Source: Candidatus Binatia bacterium
Lineage (GTDB): Bacteria; Desulfobacterota; Binatia; UBA9968; JAJDTQ01
Assembly: GCA_963666515.2 (NCBI GenBank)
Contig: OY762897.2
Location: 3,968,001 to 4,032,000 of the forward strand
Reading direction: 5' to 3'
Length of the DNA stretch: 64,000 nt
The translations under genes and the position numbers were made by a program. The notes below the pieces were generated by a model. That model was not told the DNA's origin. It made no database searches and saw nothing but the letters and a program-made list of their open reading frames with translations. Below, one piece after another: positions 28,356 to 36,390 of the stretch. How positions within the stretch are numbered: the first letter of the stretch is position 1; each line of letters opens with the position of its first letter.

Positions 28356-28511
28356 ATGTGGGTAGTGGAGATCAAGGTATGGGCAGGCTGTCTGCCGGAG
28401 TGGGTAGCGCGGGCGAGGTTCGTCGATGCGCGGCCAGCACTGGACTACGCCGACAGGGCACAGGACTATGGTCATCAAGCCAGGGTGGTCCGGGACCCTG
28501 CCTGCAGGTAG
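28356..28511 (+). CDS. 51-aa small ORF inside an oversized spacer
   Basis: MWVVEIKVWAGCLPEWVARARFVDARPALDYADRAQDYGHQARVVRDPACR*, with GGAGG 5 nt upstream; below the ORF-track length cutoff. Confidence 0.5.
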   Translation: MWVVEIKVWAGCLPEWVARARFVDARPALDYADRAQDYGHQARVVRDPACR

Positions 28512-28548
28512 ACTCGTGGGGGCGGATCGCCGCTTCAATGAGGCCGAG

Positions 28549-28686
28549 TGTCAATGGCAACCGAAAACTGCACATTTTGGCAATCGAAAACTGCACACTT
28601 CCGAGAAGGGTGCCGGTGTGGGTCTGACGCCCTTCGGTTGGATTGGGTCGGGCGAGAGGGGTTGGACGGAGGGAGCGTAGCGAACG
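28549..28686. mobile_element. IS21-family-like terminal remnant inserted in a CRISPR repeat
   Basis: Starts TGTCAATGGC, followed by tandem GGCAA(C/T)CGAAAACTGCACA repeats (28556-28574, 28579-28597), the multi-repeat end structure typical of IS21. Confidence 0.7.
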
Positions 28687-29304
28687 GAGGCCGGGGCCAC
28701 GTGGCCTCGGAATCGGCAGATGCTGTTGAATACGCTTCTTCAGCCTGCCGCGCTTCAATGAGGCCGAGGCCACGTGGCCTCGGAATCCCTCGGAGTGGAG
28801 GGAGGGGAGATAGAGCCCGGAGTCGATCGCTTCAATGAGGCCGAGGCCACGTGGCCTCGGAATCCCGTGGTGGGAACGGCGTTGTCCACGGTCTTTGCCG
28901 GCATGCTTCAATGAGGCCGAGGCCACGTGGCCTCGGAATCGAAAAGAGGGAGGCTTTGCTAGAAAGTGGGCTTCTAACGCTTCAATGAGGCCGAGGCCAC
29001 GTGGCCTCGGAATCCGCTCGTCCTATCCCGTCTGCGCGGTCCGCGTTGCCGCTTCAATGAGGCCGAGGCCACGTGGCCTCGGAATCCGTGGTGAGCGCCG
29101 CCATCAATGTGCGGTCCCCGCGGGCTTCAATGAGGCCGAGGCCACGTGGCCTCGGAATCCCCGGAGGGAAACGACCCTCCGCATCGACAACACGCTGCTT
29201 CAATGAGGCCGAGGCCACGTGGCCTCGGAATCGAAACAACGAGGAGCCAGGATGAGCTACAGCCACGAGCTTCAATGAGGCCGAGGCCACGTGGCCTCGG
29301 AATC

Positions 29305-29520
29305 GTCCCCTCTCCATCTCCTTTCGGGGGTTGGCCTTTTTCGGCCGAGTGCGAGCGCTGGAGTCTGATGCCTCTTACGGTACCAGAAATCCGCCTGGGG
29401 AATCCATGCACGTGCGGCGTATCTCGTTGTCGTACAAGGGAAAAATGCAATGCGAGGACTGCCGGTCATTTTTCGGTTACCTTAGCACTTGCAAGAGCTT
29501 CGGCACCCCGGATCCACGAC
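29305..29520 (-). promoter_or_regulatory. CRISPR leader
   Basis: Non-coding, lower-GC segment between the cas2 stop and the first intact repeat. Confidence 0.7.
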
Positions 29521-29814
29521 CTATACGATGGTAGCACGGCGGTCCGGCGACTCGTAGCTCTTGCCCAGGCTCTCGACGCGCGGGTCGACGGCGTCGGCGG
29601 GACCCAGGTCCACGATGAGGATATGGTCCTCCGAGGGCCGTATCAGGCTTTCCAGACGCGCGGCCATCTCGGCGCGCCGCCGGGCCGTGAGGCGACACTG
29701 AAAGACCGAAAGCTGGAGCCAGTGGCCATAGCCCTTCATGGTTTTGAATATCTGCTGCCAGCGCTTCGGCTCGGCGATGTCGTAAGTCACGATGTAGAGA
29801 CGCTCGTTGGCCAT
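29521..29814 (-). CDS. cas2: CRISPR-associated endoribonuclease Cas2
   Basis: YIVTYDI..PKRW...YGHWLQLSVFQC motif. Confidence 0.95.
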   Translation of the reverse strand: MANERLYIVTYDIAEPKRWQQIFKTMKGYGHWLQLSVFQCRLTARRRAEMAARLESLIRPSEDHILIVDLGPADAVDPRVESLGKSYESPDRRATIV

Positions 29815-29820
29815 GGTGGT

Positions 29821-31533
29821 TCACCGGGGAAGATAGTGCGGATACGCCTGGATTTCTCCCTGGAAGTGCCGGGCGAGCAGCCGCGCCTGCACGTCGATCA
29901 ACCGGCGCATGGAGACTCGGTAGCCGAACACCGGATGCGTGGTCTCCTGTTCCATGCGGCGCTCGAACGCGGCCATGAACGCCTTTCGGCCGCCGGGCTT
30001 GAGCGCACAGCTTGGCCCGTTGAAAACGAAATCACCCGGCTTGACTTCGCCATTGTTGACGACCTGGATCACGCATGAGTCGGCGACAATGGGACGGAAC
30101 GGCTCCATGAGGTCGAGGGCCAGGGCCGGACGGCCGTGGCGCGGTCGGTGGTACAATCCCATGTAGGGGTCGAGCCCGGTCGCCGAGATTGCGGTGGCGA
30201 GTGCCTGTGTCAGAAGTGCATAGGCGAGCGACAACATGGCGTTGACGGGGTCCGTGGGCGGACGCCGGTTGCGCGTCGAGAAGGAGAAGGTTGCTACGCC
30301 TTCGTCGGCATTCGGCGCGAGCATGTTGTCGAAGCGGGCGAAGTAGATGGCCGCGGATTCGCCCTCGATACCCAATAGCTGTTGCGCATTTTCCGCATAG
30401 GCCGCGCGTTTGGCCATCCGCCTGAGCCGTTCCAGCGCCTCAGCCTTGTCGCCGGTTTCCCGGTCGGCGCGCCAGTTGCGGCGCAGCAGAGTCCGCGAGT
30501 TGCGTATCTTGGCCGCAACCAGATCACGCGAGAAGGCCAGACTGCGACTTTCATCGAAGGCGAACCGGTACTGGGCCTCACGCACGGCCACGTTGCCGTT
30601 GCCGGTCCCCACCGTGTGGCCGAGGAACCATCCCCCGGTAGAGAACCATGAGACCGGAACCTCCGCGCGCATCAGGGCATGAAGCGCCGGCGTGGTGACG
30701 GAAACGGGGCCGAACAATGCGACCTGGGACACGTCGATCATCGGCACCTCCACCTTCTCTTCCTCCACCTCGACGATCAACTGCTCGCCGCTCTTGCGCA
30801 GCCTTGCGCCCGGCGTCTGTACGTAGAGCGGCAGCGCCGGATTGTCCGAAGGGTTGAGCTGGCGCGGCGGATAACCCTTCCGGAACAGGTTGGTCTCGTC
30901 CGGCAGACAGATGCCGGCGAGGGAACAGCGCGGACACTTGGGGCTGTTCTGCAAGGGCGGCGGACGGCGGCCCGAAGCCGCGGCGGCGCGCAGGCCCGAT
31001 ATGGCTTCCAAGGTCTGCGCCCGCAGTTCGGCGTCCAGCACCACCGGCACGCGTTCCCGTGAGCCGGCGTACCACAGCGCGCCCCGCTCCACGCGGTAGC
31101 CGTTGTCCTCCAGGATCATGGCTTGGGCGCAGACTTGTACCCGCTCGGGCTCATATGCTCCAGCGGCCACGTGCGGCCGCTTGCCCTTCTTGAAGTCGAT
31201 GGGTGTCGCGGATTCGTCGTCCGCCTCCACCACGTCCATCTTGGCGATGATGCCCAGGCGTTCCGAGGACATGGTGACCGCCCTGGCCCGGGCCAAGTCT
31301 TCGTCGAGGTCTTCCGGCGCGGGCAAACGCCCACCGCCCTCGTCTACCCGTGCGTGAGCGCGCCTTCCCTCTGCGGTATCTTCGCTGTCGGCCCATTCCC
31401 CCTCGACCCATTCCAGGTACGCGAGGCGCGGGCAATAGACCCATTCGTTGATCATGCGCACCGGGACGAGGGGAGTGTCGCCGGTTGCGGGAGGGGGCGG
31501 CAGGGCCAGGGTGAGTTGTTGGTCAGGAGTCAT
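29821..31533 (-). CDS. cas1: Cas4/Cas1 fusion (type I-G)
   Basis: N-terminal Cas4 (YCPR, DFKKG, CPRCSLAGICLP Fe-S cysteines) plus Cas1 (LLGIEG, RNRRPPTDPVNAMLSLAY, ALDLMEPFRP). Confidence 0.95.
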   Translation of the reverse strand: MTPDQQLTLALPPPPATGDTPLVPVRMINEWVYCPRLAYLEWVEGEWADSEDTAEGRRAHARVDEGGGRLPAPEDLDEDLARARAVTMSSERLGIIAKMDVVEADDESATPIDFKKGKRPHVAAGAYEPERVQVCAQAMILEDNGYRVERGALWYAGSRERVPVVLDAELRAQTLEAISGLRAAAASGRRPPPLQNSPKCPRCSLAGICLPDETNLFRKGYPPRQLNPSDNPALPLYVQTPGARLRKSGEQLIVEVEEEKVEVPMIDVSQVALFGPVSVTTPALHALMRAEVPVSWFSTGGWFLGHTVGTGNGNVAVREAQYRFAFDESRSLAFSRDLVAAKIRNSRTLLRRNWRADRETGDKAEALERLRRMAKRAAYAENAQQLLGIEGESAAIYFARFDNMLAPNADEGVATFSFSTRNRRPPTDPVNAMLSLAYALLTQALATAISATGLDPYMGLYHRPRHGRPALALDLMEPFRPIVADSCVIQVVNNGEVKPGDFVFNGPSCALKPGGRKAFMAAFERRMEQETTHPVFGYRVSMRRLIDVQARLLARHFQGEIQAYPHYLPR

Positions 31534-31597
31534 GCGATGACAAATTTGCCGCAGGAAAGAACATGCGCGGTCACACAGGCTAGCGTCATTCTCGTCT

Positions 31598-32041
31598 TCA
31601 CCGCCCCGCGCCTGAGTATACCGACCAGGGATTCAAGACCGGAACCTCGGTTCTCCGGAAGTCCTTCTCGTTACGGGTACAGAGTGTCAGGGAGTGCACT
31701 CGCGCCGTAGCAGCGATGAAAAGGTCCGGCTGGCTGAAAGTGATGCGCCTTTCTCTGCCCCACGCGACCATACGTCGCCATTCCAGGATCACTTCCTCGT
31801 CCACCGGAAGGATGCGCCCCGCGAACCAGGGTCTCAGCCTCTGGGCGAGCCAAGTTTCGAGCTCCTGACGAAGGATGGGGTCGGTTTGGCGCTCGATTCC
31901 GAAGCGGATCTCGGCCAGGGTCACGCTGCTCAGAAAGAAGCTGTCCGATGGCTGTCCATCAGACCATGCCTTCACTCGGTCGTTGGGTCGGGTCTTGCGC
32001 AACTCGGAGACGACGTTGGTGTCGAGCAGCCAAGCGTTCAC
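31598..32041 (-). CDS. vapC: VapC PIN-domain toxin
   Basis: LLDTNVVSE, SVTLAEI..G, DLFIAATA and TRNEKDF motifs. Confidence 0.92.
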   Translation of the reverse strand: MNAWLLDTNVVSELRKTRPNDRVKAWSDGQPSDSFFLSSVTLAEIRFGIERQTDPILRQELETWLAQRLRPWFAGRILPVDEEVILEWRRMVAWGRERRITFSQPDLFIAATARVHSLTLCTRNEKDFRRTEVPVLNPWSVYSGAGR

Positions 32042-32349
32042 AGATCGACCTCTCGAACGGGGCTCCTTACGCCTTCACCGTCAAGGTCCAAGCGGTTCAA
32101 GGGGGACTTGGACAACAAATCGTGCAGACTCACCGATTCAGCACACGTGCGAAGGCGTTCAAACTCGGACGTTGCGACGATGACGACCGTATCCTTGCCG
32201 CGTACCGTCACATGCTGCGGTTGACCGGAGGCCGCGAGGCGGACGACATCGCTGAACCTTGCCTTGGCCTCCCCCAGCTTCCAACCGTGAAGCGCCGTCG
32301 ACCGACTCTGCGCACTTTGACGAGACTTACCCATATGCCCTCTTCTCAT
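32038..32349 (-). CDS. Phd/YefM family antitoxin
   Basis: WKLGEAKARFSDVVR...PQHVTVRGK...VIV; overlaps the vapC start by 4 nt. Start may be 32334. Confidence 0.88.
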   Translation of the reverse strand: MRRGHMGKSRQSAQSRSTALHGWKLGEAKARFSDVVRLAASGQPQHVTVRGKDTVVIVATSEFERLRTCAESVSLHDLLSKSPLNRLDLDGEGVRSPVREVDL

Positions 32350-32364
32350 GACGCCCTCTTCTCA

Positions 32365-32408
32365 TGACCAAATTGGTCAAGAATATACGGAACGGAAAAC
32401 CCTTTCAA
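32365..32408 (-). promoter_or_regulatory. TA operon promoter and operator
   Basis: Minus-strand TTGAAA-17-TATTCT, followed by the palindrome TGACCAA-A-TTGGTCA (32365-32379). Confidence 0.6.
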
Positions 32409-32494
32409 GGCCGTGCGCGATCCAATGCTTGTCAGGTCAAGAACAGATTTTATTGAACTGAGCGGTAATCCCATGTGTGCATGGCCTGGCTGGG

Positions 32495-33466
32495 TCACCG
32501 ATTGAGTTCTGCCTCGGCCCTTGTGAAGTTCATGTATCTTCCCGTCGAGATTCGCCGTGCTCTGCGAACCTCGACAACGCCGAGGGAGTCGTGTGAGTCG
32601 CGGTCGTTCAAGCGCGGGTGACTCAGTAGTGCGCGGATTCCAGCCAAGCTCACAGGCTCGCGCCATATCGGCCAAGCGAAGGCAAAACCGCCCCTTGTCT
32701 CACGGTAGCCACCGAGAACGGCTAGCCTCACATCGCCGTACCGTCGCATTGGAGCGACAGTCAAAGCGGCAATGCCAACAGCGGCGAGTCTGTTGGCGCC
32801 ATGCTGCGTCGTCTCCTTGGCATCACTCGGATTCCTTGCGCGCAACGCATGGCGAACATCCTCGTTGGGATCCCAGCGAAAGGACTCTGTGTCGTCAGGC
32901 CGTTCCCAAGGGGCGAACAGAGCCTCGCTCAAGCAGTCCGTCTCGGAAATCGCGGTTTTGCGCCGGCCGGTGCCCCGGTCCGGTGGTGTTTTCATACGCG
33001 GAACCGATGTGAGCCGCGAGAGAAAATGCTGGCCTCCCTGACCAGAGACGAGACACAATGGTGTCCTCTCAACCCTCTTTCCGTCGCGGGTCATTGCCTT
33101 GTCACTGACAAGGGCTGACCATAGATCGGCGGCGTGCTGATTCCGATTCTCGCCATCAACGGCTTTACGCAGGCTTCGGGCGGAGTCCTTAGGGGAGAGT
33201 GTCAGGTCCTGGAGCCCACCGAATTCGTGGACTCGTGCCAAGACGTTGAGCCCCTTGGCCGCGGCCGCCACCACAGCGGCTTGATCGATCCCCTTTGGTA
33301 CCCGTAGGGCGGGGCGAAGGATCGGATCGTTAACCGTCCAGAAGGTGCGTGGATACCAACTTGGTTGTGCATCTTCGAGAACTCGCAACAGCCCCAGCAA
33401 CGCGATGAACGCGAGTAGGTTGTCGGGTTCCAATCCGTCGAGGCGGTGGATAGTATACTCGTTCAT
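32495..33466 (-). CDS. csb3: Type I-G large subunit, short Cas8u/Csb3-type (323 aa)
   Basis: LDGLEPDNLLAFIALLGLLR N-terminus, GQGGQHFL, FRWDP, ANRLAAVG, FAWPIW; ATGA overlap with cas3. Confidence 0.75.
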   Translation of the reverse strand: MNEYTIHRLDGLEPDNLLAFIALLGLLRVLEDAQPSWYPRTFWTVNDPILRPALRVPKGIDQAAVVAAAAKGLNVLARVHEFGGLQDLTLSPKDSARSLRKAVDGENRNQHAADLWSALVSDKAMTRDGKRVERTPLCLVSGQGGQHFLSRLTSVPRMKTPPDRGTGRRKTAISETDCLSEALFAPWERPDDTESFRWDPNEDVRHALRARNPSDAKETTQHGANRLAAVGIAALTVAPMRRYGDVRLAVLGGYRETRGGFAFAWPIWREPVSLAGIRALLSHPRLNDRDSHDSLGVVEVRRARRISTGRYMNFTRAEAELNR

Positions 33467-36390
33467 GACTTGTGGGTCTCGTCCGATGTGTTTTCCATTT
33501 CCGACGCCCGGTGATCGGCAAGGCGCAAGATCGCTTCCATGTAGGCCAAGCCCCATATGCCGTACCGGCGCTTCAGATTCTCGAAGATGGACGGCCAATC
33601 CGCCCCGTTGAAGTCGAACGCTAACGATTGCGGCCCGGCTTGGTTCGGCAAGATTTGCCAGTCCTCAACTTCAAGGCAGGGCACTGGCCGCTCAGGCATT
33701 GGATCAACGAAGTTGAAGAACGGCCGGCCCTGTCCGTGGTGGCTTCCGATAAGCCAGAGGACGAGCGCGGGGTCATGTGCTTCGGCGAGGCGAGGGTGCA
33801 CCCTCGCCATCCGAACCGACAATGCCTCGTGGCGCCAGCCCTCTGGCAGGCCTGCGTTCGCCCAAGCGCTTGGCGACCACGACCGTCCGCCCTTTGCCAG
33901 TGGCGGACCGTCGGGTCGGTTCCAGTGATCGCCGCCTGACAGCATGGTCTGAAATCGTGGATCGGCCTTGCCTGCGTCGTGCAGGTAAGCTGCGAGGCGG
34001 AGATCGTCCGCCAAGTCTTCAAGGCCAAGGGTCCGTGCGAAGTGTTCGGCCAAGTCAGCGACATGACAGCCATGGTCGTTTAGACGTACCGGACTGCTGG
34101 AGGTATGGGATGCTACGTCATCCTCGGTCGCGGGAACGGCGATGTTTGAGTCCGGGGCGTCCTTGATCCCTCGCTCCGCGACAAGGACCGCGCCCCCTTG
34201 ACGGCCGTAGGGACAATGAACATCAATTTGCCCCTTGGCTCTTTGAAGCGCCTCCAACGGTTCCCGCACATCGCGAAGTATGGAGCTGCCGTTCGTGTTC
34301 TCTTCCGACGCTTCGGCAGGCAGGCCCTCAATCAGTTGCTCTACGAGTTCGGTGCCGTCGACGCCCTCGGCAGCGAGTATGGCCAACACCCGTTCCCATT
34401 GAGCGTCGGAGCGCGCGGTGTCACGCGCGATTCGAACCGTGCACCGCCGCCCCCGGTAGGGTTTTGCCGCCTCGTCGGCGACATCCCTGACCGGATTTTC
34501 TGAGTGCGGTTTCCAACCGAACGTGTCGCAACCACCGTATTTTGAGGGAACGATCAGCACGTCGCCTGTTCGCAAATCGGCTAAGTCTATGACACCGGTG
34601 CGCGGATCATCGGTTCCGGCCCAAAGGAAGGCCTGTCTACCACGTCCCTGCGTAGGGGACGCTTCGTGTGCTTCAGCGTCTGGTTCCGGCGCGTCCGAAA
34701 TTTCGGCGACCCTGTCTTTTGCTCCTCTCAGCCATGCCCGTGCGCTCCAAAGCGGAACCTCGATCGCCTCGGCAGTGCGAGGTGGGACTAATCGGATCAA
34801 TTCTTTGAGCTTGTTCCCGCCTCCATCTTCGAAATCTGTTTCAGAGATATCGCTGCGCCAGACGATGGAGACGCCTGCAGCCATTCGCTCGGATCCGTGC
34901 AGAAACAGCGCAACTTCCGGGTCCACGGCTGGCCGCGGCGACGTTTGGGACCACAAGTCGAGATAGGCAGGCATGACCACCGGCGCGTCCGACCGTTCAG
35001 CGGCCAAGCTATCCACGTCGATGCCTGCCTCCTTGAGGCGATTAGGCAAAGCCTCGACGCCGAAGTCCACTACGCCGTCTTGGGCGATTTCGTGGAGTGC
35101 CTCCCATGTCAAGCGGATTCGGTCGCCATAGACCGGATCATGGGCCTTCTTGGCGACGTCTCCGGCGCGGGTCAGGATCGCACCTTCGGCGGCGTCCAAT
35201 CGCCCGGCGCGGTTCAACCGACCGAAGCGCTGGCGGAGCGCGTCAAGCGACGCGGCTTGGGTCACGAGGCCGTCGAGGTCGAGATCGACACCCACTTCCA
35301 GGCACTGCGTCGCGATGACGAATAGTGGCTCGGCCTCCGCTCGGGCCTCTGCGCCGGTTCGGAATCGGGTGAGCTTTTCTACAATCGTGCCCCTTTCCAC
35401 GCTACGTGAGCGCCCGATCATCAGGATCGCTTCGGCGGTGCCATCGCCCTTTAGTGCCTCGAAAACGCTGCGCGCGAGCGCCACACGGTTGACAACGACG
35501 CCGACTGCAGCGGGCGTGATCCCTTGTTTACACAGCCTGTCGGCCATCACGCGCGCCTCGTCTGCGAACGCCTTGGCCACGGCTTGGTCCCCGCCTCGAA
35601 TTGGCTGTCTCAGCGCAGTGCGTTTTCGCGCTTCAAGCCGCTTCTTCAGCTCGATGTGGGCTCGGTCCCCTGGTGTAAGCGAAAGTGGCCGTTCTGCCCT
35701 CGCTCCCGGCGTGGCGGTCAGCACCGTTACGCGGAATTTGCCGCCGCCGATCTTTTGTACGGCGTCAAGCGTCTGCCGGAACGGTTCGGAGAGATGCGCT
35801 TCGTCCAGGAGGACCAGACTGTGGACACCGAGTAGCCCGGCATGGACTGGCTTCATGCGGTCGGAGACGCCGTATCCGCGGAACAGTAGGCGGGAGCCGA
35901 CTTGATCGACTGTCGAGCAAAGGATCGTCGGCTGTGTCGGAGTGCGTGCCCAATCATGCTCTAGCGGTGCCCCGCCTCGAAGACGCCGCGCTACCAGTGG
36001 CCGCGTGTTCTTGCCCGCTAGCCCTTGCAGGCGTCGGGCGACTTCTCTGATAGTGCCGTCTCCTTTGAGGTCAGTCTCAAAGGCGCATTCAAGTTTTAAG
36101 GCGATCTTCTTGGCGCGGTTGTAAGCATCGTCAACAACGAGGCGTCGGTCCACCACGAACGCGATCCGCACCGCGGCCTTGGCCGGCGCATCAGAACGGA
36201 GCGCCAAATGGAATACGGCCGCGTCGAGTGCCGCGGTCTTTCCTGTGCCGGTCGGCAGGTCCAGCACATCCGGCCAAACATCGTCGTTGGCGAGTCTGTC
36301 GACTAGGGCCTGTTGCCAAGGGAACGGGTCGCAACCGTGGACCGCCCTGAAAAAACTGGCGAAATCGGTGGGACGAAGCTCCATGATCAA
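33463..36390 (-). CDS. cas3: Type I-G Cas3 (SF2 helicase with C-terminal HD nuclease)
   Basis: PFPWQ, PTGTGKT, DEAH, TQCLEVGVD and QRFGRLNR motifs; C-terminal LNDH, HDAGK, RHEALS, SHHG and LADH. Confidence 0.95.
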   Translation of the reverse strand: MIMELRPTDFASFFRAVHGCDPFPWQQALVDRLANDDVWPDVLDLPTGTGKTAALDAAVFHLALRSDAPAKAAVRIAFVVDRRLVVDDAYNRAKKIALKLECAFETDLKGDGTIREVARRLQGLAGKNTRPLVARRLRGGAPLEHDWARTPTQPTILCSTVDQVGSRLLFRGYGVSDRMKPVHAGLLGVHSLVLLDEAHLSEPFRQTLDAVQKIGGGKFRVTVLTATPGARAERPLSLTPGDRAHIELKKRLEARKRTALRQPIRGGDQAVAKAFADEARVMADRLCKQGITPAAVGVVVNRVALARSVFEALKGDGTAEAILMIGRSRSVERGTIVEKLTRFRTGAEARAEAEPLFVIATQCLEVGVDLDLDGLVTQAASLDALRQRFGRLNRAGRLDAAEGAILTRAGDVAKKAHDPVYGDRIRLTWEALHEIAQDGVVDFGVEALPNRLKEAGIDVDSLAAERSDAPVVMPAYLDLWSQTSPRPAVDPEVALFLHGSERMAAGVSIVWRSDISETDFEDGGGNKLKELIRLVPPRTAEAIEVPLWSARAWLRGAKDRVAEISDAPEPDAEAHEASPTQGRGRQAFLWAGTDDPRTGVIDLADLRTGDVLIVPSKYGGCDTFGWKPHSENPVRDVADEAAKPYRGRRCTVRIARDTARSDAQWERVLAILAAEGVDGTELVEQLIEGLPAEASEENTNGSSILRDVREPLEALQRAKGQIDVHCPYGRQGGAVLVAERGIKDAPDSNIAVPATEDDVASHTSSSPVRLNDHGCHVADLAEHFARTLGLEDLADDLRLAAYLHDAGKADPRFQTMLSGGDHWNRPDGPPLAKGGRSWSPSAWANAGLPEGWRHEALSVRMARVHPRLAEAHDPALVLWLIGSHHGQGRPFFNFVDPMPERPVPCLEVEDWQILPNQAGPQSLAFDFNGADWPSIFENLKRRYGIWGLAYMEAILRLADHRASEMENTSDETHKS

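Larger units (their letters stand above)
28205..29304 (-). CRISPR. Type I-G CRISPR array; 36-nt repeat GATTCCGAGGCCACGTGGCCTCGGCCTCATTGAAGC (minus-strand sense)
   Basis: Eight perfect repeats starting at + strand positions 28752, 28829, 28905, 28979, 29051, 29124, 29197 and 29269, with spacers of 36-41 nt. Also one repeat split by an IS end (28532-28548/28687-28714), a degenerate repeat at 28252-28287 and a remnant at 28205-28215. Orientation inferred from the ATTGAAGC 3' end and decay away from cas2. Confidence 0.97.

Noticed and set aside
29233-29268. Leader-proximal spacer resembles minus-strand 39579-39596 (about 16/18 nt), suggesting self-targeting
   Set aside because: The match is at the PAM-distal end of the crRNA, is RBS-like and purine-rich, and a match of this size is expected by chance given all spacers versus 128 kb of sequence.
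28372-30078. ORFs with repeated MRPRPRGLGI / FRGHVASASLK peptides
   Set aside because: Translations of CRISPR repeats and the antisense strand of cas2/cas1.
32400-32425. CTTTCAAGGCCG resembling the start of a CRISPR repeat in the csb3-antitoxin gap
   Set aside because: Too short, lacks the hairpin and a second repeat, and coincides with the TA -35 box.
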